From positions 21,405 through 85,404 of the forward strand of contig JALSRN010000014.1 of NCBI GenBank assembly GCA_026984735.1: DNA of 64,000 nt, written 5' to 3'. The notes below the pieces were generated by a model that had not been told where the DNA came from, searched no databases, and saw only the letters and a program-made list of their open reading frames with translations. Made by a program: the position numbers and the translations under genes. Below are positions 60,704-64,000 of this stretch, one piece after another. The stretch comes from Sedimenticola sp. (GTDB taxonomy: Bacteria > Pseudomonadota > Gammaproteobacteria > Chromatiales > Chromatiaceae). Each line of letters begins with the position of its first letter. Position 1 is the stretch's first letter.

Positions 60704-62626
60704 ATGCGGCGTTTCGCCCTCCTGCTCCTTCTTCTGCTGCCGGGAATGGCCCCGGCGGCGGAAGAGAGCGAGCCGCCCGCGCCGCTGCCGCCCGCCTATG
60801 CCGGCCTCGCCTACCGGCTGCCGGAGCCGGGGAGCTACGAGCTGCCCCCATTGGGAGAGGCGGGAGACGGCGAAGTGCTCGACATGGACGGAAGCCGCCT
60901 GCGGCTCCATGAGCTCTTCGGCGACAAGTACGTCCTTCTTACCTTCATCTACACCCATTGCAACGATGCGAACGGCTGCCCGCTGAACGCCTTCGTCTTC
61001 CACCGCATCAAGCGCAAGATGCAAAAGGATCGGACGCTGGCGGAGAACCTGCGCCTCGTCAACGTCAGCTTCGATCCCGAAAGGGACACGCCCGCCGCCA
61101 TGGCCCGCTACGCGGAAAATTTCTCCAACGCCGGTCCCAAGGGAGAATGGCGCTTCCTCACCACCGCCTCGCCGCAACGGCTCCAGCCCCTCCTCGAGGC
61201 GTACGGCCAGGACATCCAGCGCAAGCTCACCGCCGACGGCAAGGCCACCGCCTTTTCCCACATCCTCCGGGTCTTCCTCATCGACCGGAAAAAGAGAATC
61301 CGCAACATCTACAGCGTGGCCTTTCTCCACCCCGATCTGCTGGTGAACGACGTCAAGACCCTGATGGCGGAAGAGAAGCGGCATGCGAAGGGAGAAGCCG
61401 CGGAGCGGGAAAGCCCATCGGCGCTCTCCGGCCCCGGCGACGACCGCCACGGCTACGAGCGCGTCGACTACCGGACCCACGCCCGCGCCCTCGCCTCGCG
61501 CAAGGGGAAAGCCGCGGACCTGGTCTCCCTGGTTCGCCACCCGCCGCTGGGCCTTCCTCCCGTGCCCGTGCCGCCGCTGAATCCGATCACCGAAGAAAAG
61601 GTGGCGCTGGGAAGGGCGCTTTTCTACGACCGTCGCCTCTCCCTCAACAACACCTTCTCCTGCGCCATGTGCCACATCCCCGAGCAGGGGTTCACCTCCA
61701 ACGAGCTGGCCACCGCCGTGGGCATCGAAGGGCGCAGCGTGCGTCGCAACGCCCCCACCCTCTACAACAGCGCCTATTCGTCCCTACTGTTCCACGACGG
61801 CCGCGAGGAGAACCTGGAACAGCAGATCTGGGGGCCGTTGCTGGCCAAAAACGAGATGGGCAACCCCTCCGTGGGGGCGGTGCTCTCGAAGATCCGTTCT
61901 ACCGGCGACTACGCCGCCCGTTTCCGGAAAGTGTTCGGGGAGCGGGGACTGACCATGGACACCCTGGGCATGGCCATTGCAAGCTACGAACGCACCCTGG
62001 TGTCGGGGGACTCTCCTTTCGACCGCTGGCGCTTCGGCGGCGACGAAAAGGCGCTGAGCGAGGCGGCCAAGCGCGGCTACCGTCTCTTCACCGGCAAGGC
62101 GGGATGCAGCGGCTGCCACGTCATCGGGGAACGGTGGGCGCTCTTCACCGACCACAGCCTGCGCAACACCGGCGTCGGCTACCGGGAAAGCATGGGCGGA
62201 ACGCCCGAACGGCAGCGGGTGCAGCTGGCTCCCGGCGTCTTCGCCGAAGTGGATCGGAAGATCATCGAAAGCGTGGGGGAAGCGCCACCGCCGGATCTGG
62301 GACGCTACGAGGTGACGCAGGATCCCGCGGACCGATGGAAGTACCGGGTGCCGAGCCTGCGCAACGTCGCCCTCACCGCTCCCTACATGCACAACGGCAG
62401 CCTCCCCACTCTGGAAGCCGTGGTCGCTTTCTACAACGCTGGCGGCGTCCCCAATCCCGAGCTCGACCCCCTCATCCACCCCCTGGAGCTGAGCGCGGCG
62501 GAACAGAAAGACTTGGTGGCCTTCCTGAAAAGCCTCACGGGCGGCAACGTGGATCTGCTGGTGGCGGATGCTTTTGCGGCGCCCGTGGGGGACGTGGGAG
62601 CCGGAAACTCACCGGATACCCGCTGA
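60704..62626 (+). CDS. SCO1/SenC - MauG (diheme cytochrome c peroxidase-like) fusion
   Basis: SCO domain (FIYTHCNDANGCP, SFDPERDTP, SHILRVFLID) in frame with a MauG domain (CAMCH, RNAPT, CSGCH, PSLRNVALTAPYMHNGS). Confidence 0.88.
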   Translation: MRRFALLLLLLLPGMAPAAEESEPPAPLPPAYAGLAYRLPEPGSYELPPLGEAGDGEVLDMDGSRLRLHELFGDKYVLLTFIYTHCNDANGCPLNAFVFHRIKRKMQKDRTLAENLRLVNVSFDPERDTPAAMARYAENFSNAGPKGEWRFLTTASPQRLQPLLEAYGQDIQRKLTADGKATAFSHILRVFLIDRKKRIRNIYSVAFLHPDLLVNDVKTLMAEEKRHAKGEAAERESPSALSGPGDDRHGYERVDYRTHARALASRKGKAADLVSLVRHPPLGLPPVPVPPLNPITEEKVALGRALFYDRRLSLNNTFSCAMCHIPEQGFTSNELATAVGIEGRSVRRNAPTLYNSAYSSLLFHDGREENLEQQIWGPLLAKNEMGNPSVGAVLSKIRSTGDYAARFRKVFGERGLTMDTLGMAIASYERTLVSGDSPFDRWRFGGDEKALSEAAKRGYRLFTGKAGCSGCHVIGERWALFTDHSLRNTGVGYRESMGGTPERQRVQLAPGVFAEVDRKIIESVGEAPPPDLGRYEVTQDPADRWKYRVPSLRNVALTAPYMHNGSLPTLEAVVAFYNAGGVPNPELDPLIHPLELSAAEQKDLVAFLKSLTGGNVDLLVADAFAAPVGDVGAGNSPDTR

Positions 62627-62664
62627 GCCCGAATCCCCCGGCCCCACCTTTTCACACAAGGCAC

Positions 62665-62856
62665 CGTCATTCCGGCTGCAGCGCTCTTTTTTCGTCATTC
62701 CGGACGCAGCGCTCTTCTTTCGTCATTCCGGACCCGACGCTCTTCTTTCGTCATTCCGGACACAGCGCTCTTCTTTCGTCATTCCGGACGCAGCGCAAAG
62801 GAGATCCGGAATCCAGTGCCCTCGTTCCCTGGATTCCCGCTTGCGCGGGAATGACG
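62665..62856. repeat. Four 28-bp tandem units plus an 80-bp REP-like palindromic element
   Basis: Units CGTCATTCCGGAC.CAGCGCTCTTCTTT at 62665, 62693, 62721, 62749; then CGTCATTCCGG..TCCGGAATCCAG..CTGGATTCCCGCTTGCGCGGGAATGACG. Confidence 0.88.
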
Positions 62857-62918
62857 AAGGGTGGATCTCCCCTGGGGGGGTTACGACAAGGCGGCTCCCG
62901 GCGGGAAAGACATTGCCG

Positions 62919-63035
62919 CTACCCTGTCTCCACCAGCTCCCGCAGCACCGAGGTGGCATAGCTCCCCGCCCCCAGCCGGAACCGGAGCAGCAGCTCGTTC
63001 CTCTCCAGCGACCATTCCAGCCCCTCCACCGCGCA
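62919..63035 (-). pseudogene. Duplicated truD 3' fragment (38 codons plus stop)
   Basis: CAVEGLEWSLERNELLLRFRLGAGSYATSVLRELVETG*; matches 63224-63340 with 2 substitutions. Confidence 0.88.
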
Positions 63036-63054
63036 ACTGCAGCGCTCTTAATTT

Positions 63055-63162
63055 CGTCATTCCGGACCCGGCGCTCTTCTTTCGTCATTCCGGACGCAGC
63101 GCAGCGAAGATCCGGAATCCAGTGCCCTCGTTCCCTGGATTCCCGCTTGCGCGGGAATGACG
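63055..63162. repeat. Second REP-like copy (one 28-bp unit plus 80-bp element)
   Basis: Same units as 62749-62856, offset by 306 bp. Confidence 0.88.
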
Positions 63163-63223
63163 AAGGGTGGATTTCCCCTGGGGGGTTACGACAAGGCGGC
63201 TCCCGGCGGGAAAGACATTGCCG

Positions 63224-64000
63224 CTACCCTGTCTCCACCAGCTCCCGCAGCACCGAGGTGGCATAGCTCCCCGCCCCCAGCCGGAACCGAAGCAGCAGCT
63301 CGTTCTTCTCCAGCGACCATTCCAGCCCCTCCACCGCGCAGCCGAGGGCGCGCCGATCCCGCTTCAGCCCGAACCGCTCCAACCCCTCTTTCCAGAAGGA
63401 GTCGTGGGCCAGCGCCTCCCGCTCCAACGCCGCCGCTTCTCCCCGCGGCTCGGGCACCGGGCCGCTCCGCCCCCACAGCGGCCCGGTGGGCCAGGCCCGC
63501 CCTCCGGCCACCTCCGCGCGGGCAGCCGCCGGATCGAAGACAGGAGTCAGGGCGCCGCCGCGGGTCAGCTGCAGCATCTCCCCCGGAAGCACCGAGTTCC
63601 AGCTACTCCCTTCCACCCGCGCCGCCAGCACCCGGTTGAAGAGCAGGGCGCGGGCGGCGGAGAGCCACATCCCCCTCTCTTGCCGGCCCACCCGCCCCGC
63701 CTCGCCCCGGAACAGTGCCGCCGCCCGTTCCAGGTTGCCGCCATCGCGGCCGAAACGCTGGGGGCCAAAATAGTTGGGAACCCCTCCTGCGGCGATCCGT
63801 TGCAAAAGCTCAGCCAGTTTGCAGGCATCTCCCTGGAATTTCCGGACCCGCAGGCGAAAATGGTTCCCCTCCAGGTCGCCCGGCCGCAACGGCCGGTCGT
63901 GCCGCGTCTGCTCCAGCACACGGATCCGCCCGCCGTCGAGTACGGAAAGATCGGGCTCGCGGCCGCGAAGGGGAAGAGAAAAGATCTGCACCGTCACCGC
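63224..64000 (-). CDS. truD: tRNA pseudouridine(13) synthase TruD (5'-truncated by window edge)
   Basis: GNHFRLRVR, GVPNYFGPQRFG, SAARALLFNRVL, GSYATSVLREL. Confidence 0.94.
   Translation of the reverse strand, partial: AVTVQIFSLPLRGREPDLSVLDGGRIRVLEQTRHDRPLRPGDLEGNHFRLRVRKFQGDACKLAELLQRIAAGGVPNYFGPQRFGRDGGNLERAAALFRGEAGRVGRQERGMWLSAARALLFNRVLAARVEGSSWNSVLPGEMLQLTRGGALTPVFDPAAARAEVAGGRAWPTGPLWGRSGPVPEPRGEAAALEREALAHDSFWKEGLERFGLKRDRRALGCAVEGLEWSLEKNELLLRFRLGAGSYATSVLRELVETG

Noticed and set aside
62665-62856. CRISPR array
   Set aside because: The 28-bp units are directly abutting with no unique spacers, and there are no cas genes; this is a REP-like tandem repeat.
62568-63266. ORFs spanning the repeat region (62568-63266, 62723-63088, 62861-63160)
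   Set aside because: Translations of REP units and the duplicated truD tail (SSFVIPD repeats); not credible genes.

Overview
High-GC gammaproteobacterial chromosome segment; a sulfur-metabolising lifestyle is inferred from mtoX and a SoxW-like thioredoxin. Core genes (acs, ppsA-ppsR, tRNA-Leu(UAA), aroC, tolC, hemH, yciB-yciI-PPIase, rpoS-nlpD-yqaA-pcm-surE, truD) are interleaved with four accessory modules. (1) A PAS-GGDEF-EAL gene divergent from a gspEFGHIJKLM(N)D type II secretion operon, next to the 3' end of tRNA-Leu. (2) A secreted nine-heme cytochrome c followed by a PmrAB/QseBC-like two-component system, with a consensus PmrA-type box upstream. (3) The best novelty candidate: a 13.4 kb, nine-gene, single-strand locus (35127-48538) encoding a predicted outer-membrane beta-barrel, an Ig/Fn3-like partner, an ECF sigma factor, an anti-sigma with a subtilase-propeptide-like periplasmic domain, an S8 protease, an OmpA-domain protein and three large secreted proteins. 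Four exact TGAACC-N16-CGAC ECF-type promoter motifs lie in this locus and none were found by eye elsewhere in the window. (4) A methanethiol oxidase cluster (TetR, mtoX, SCO-MauG fusion) with a palindromic operator inside its promoter. Also present: two related TIR-bounded MITE/REPIN-like elements, a 28-bp REP-like tandem array, and a diverged 305-bp duplication of the truD 3' end. All motif searches were done by eye; no database searches were run.
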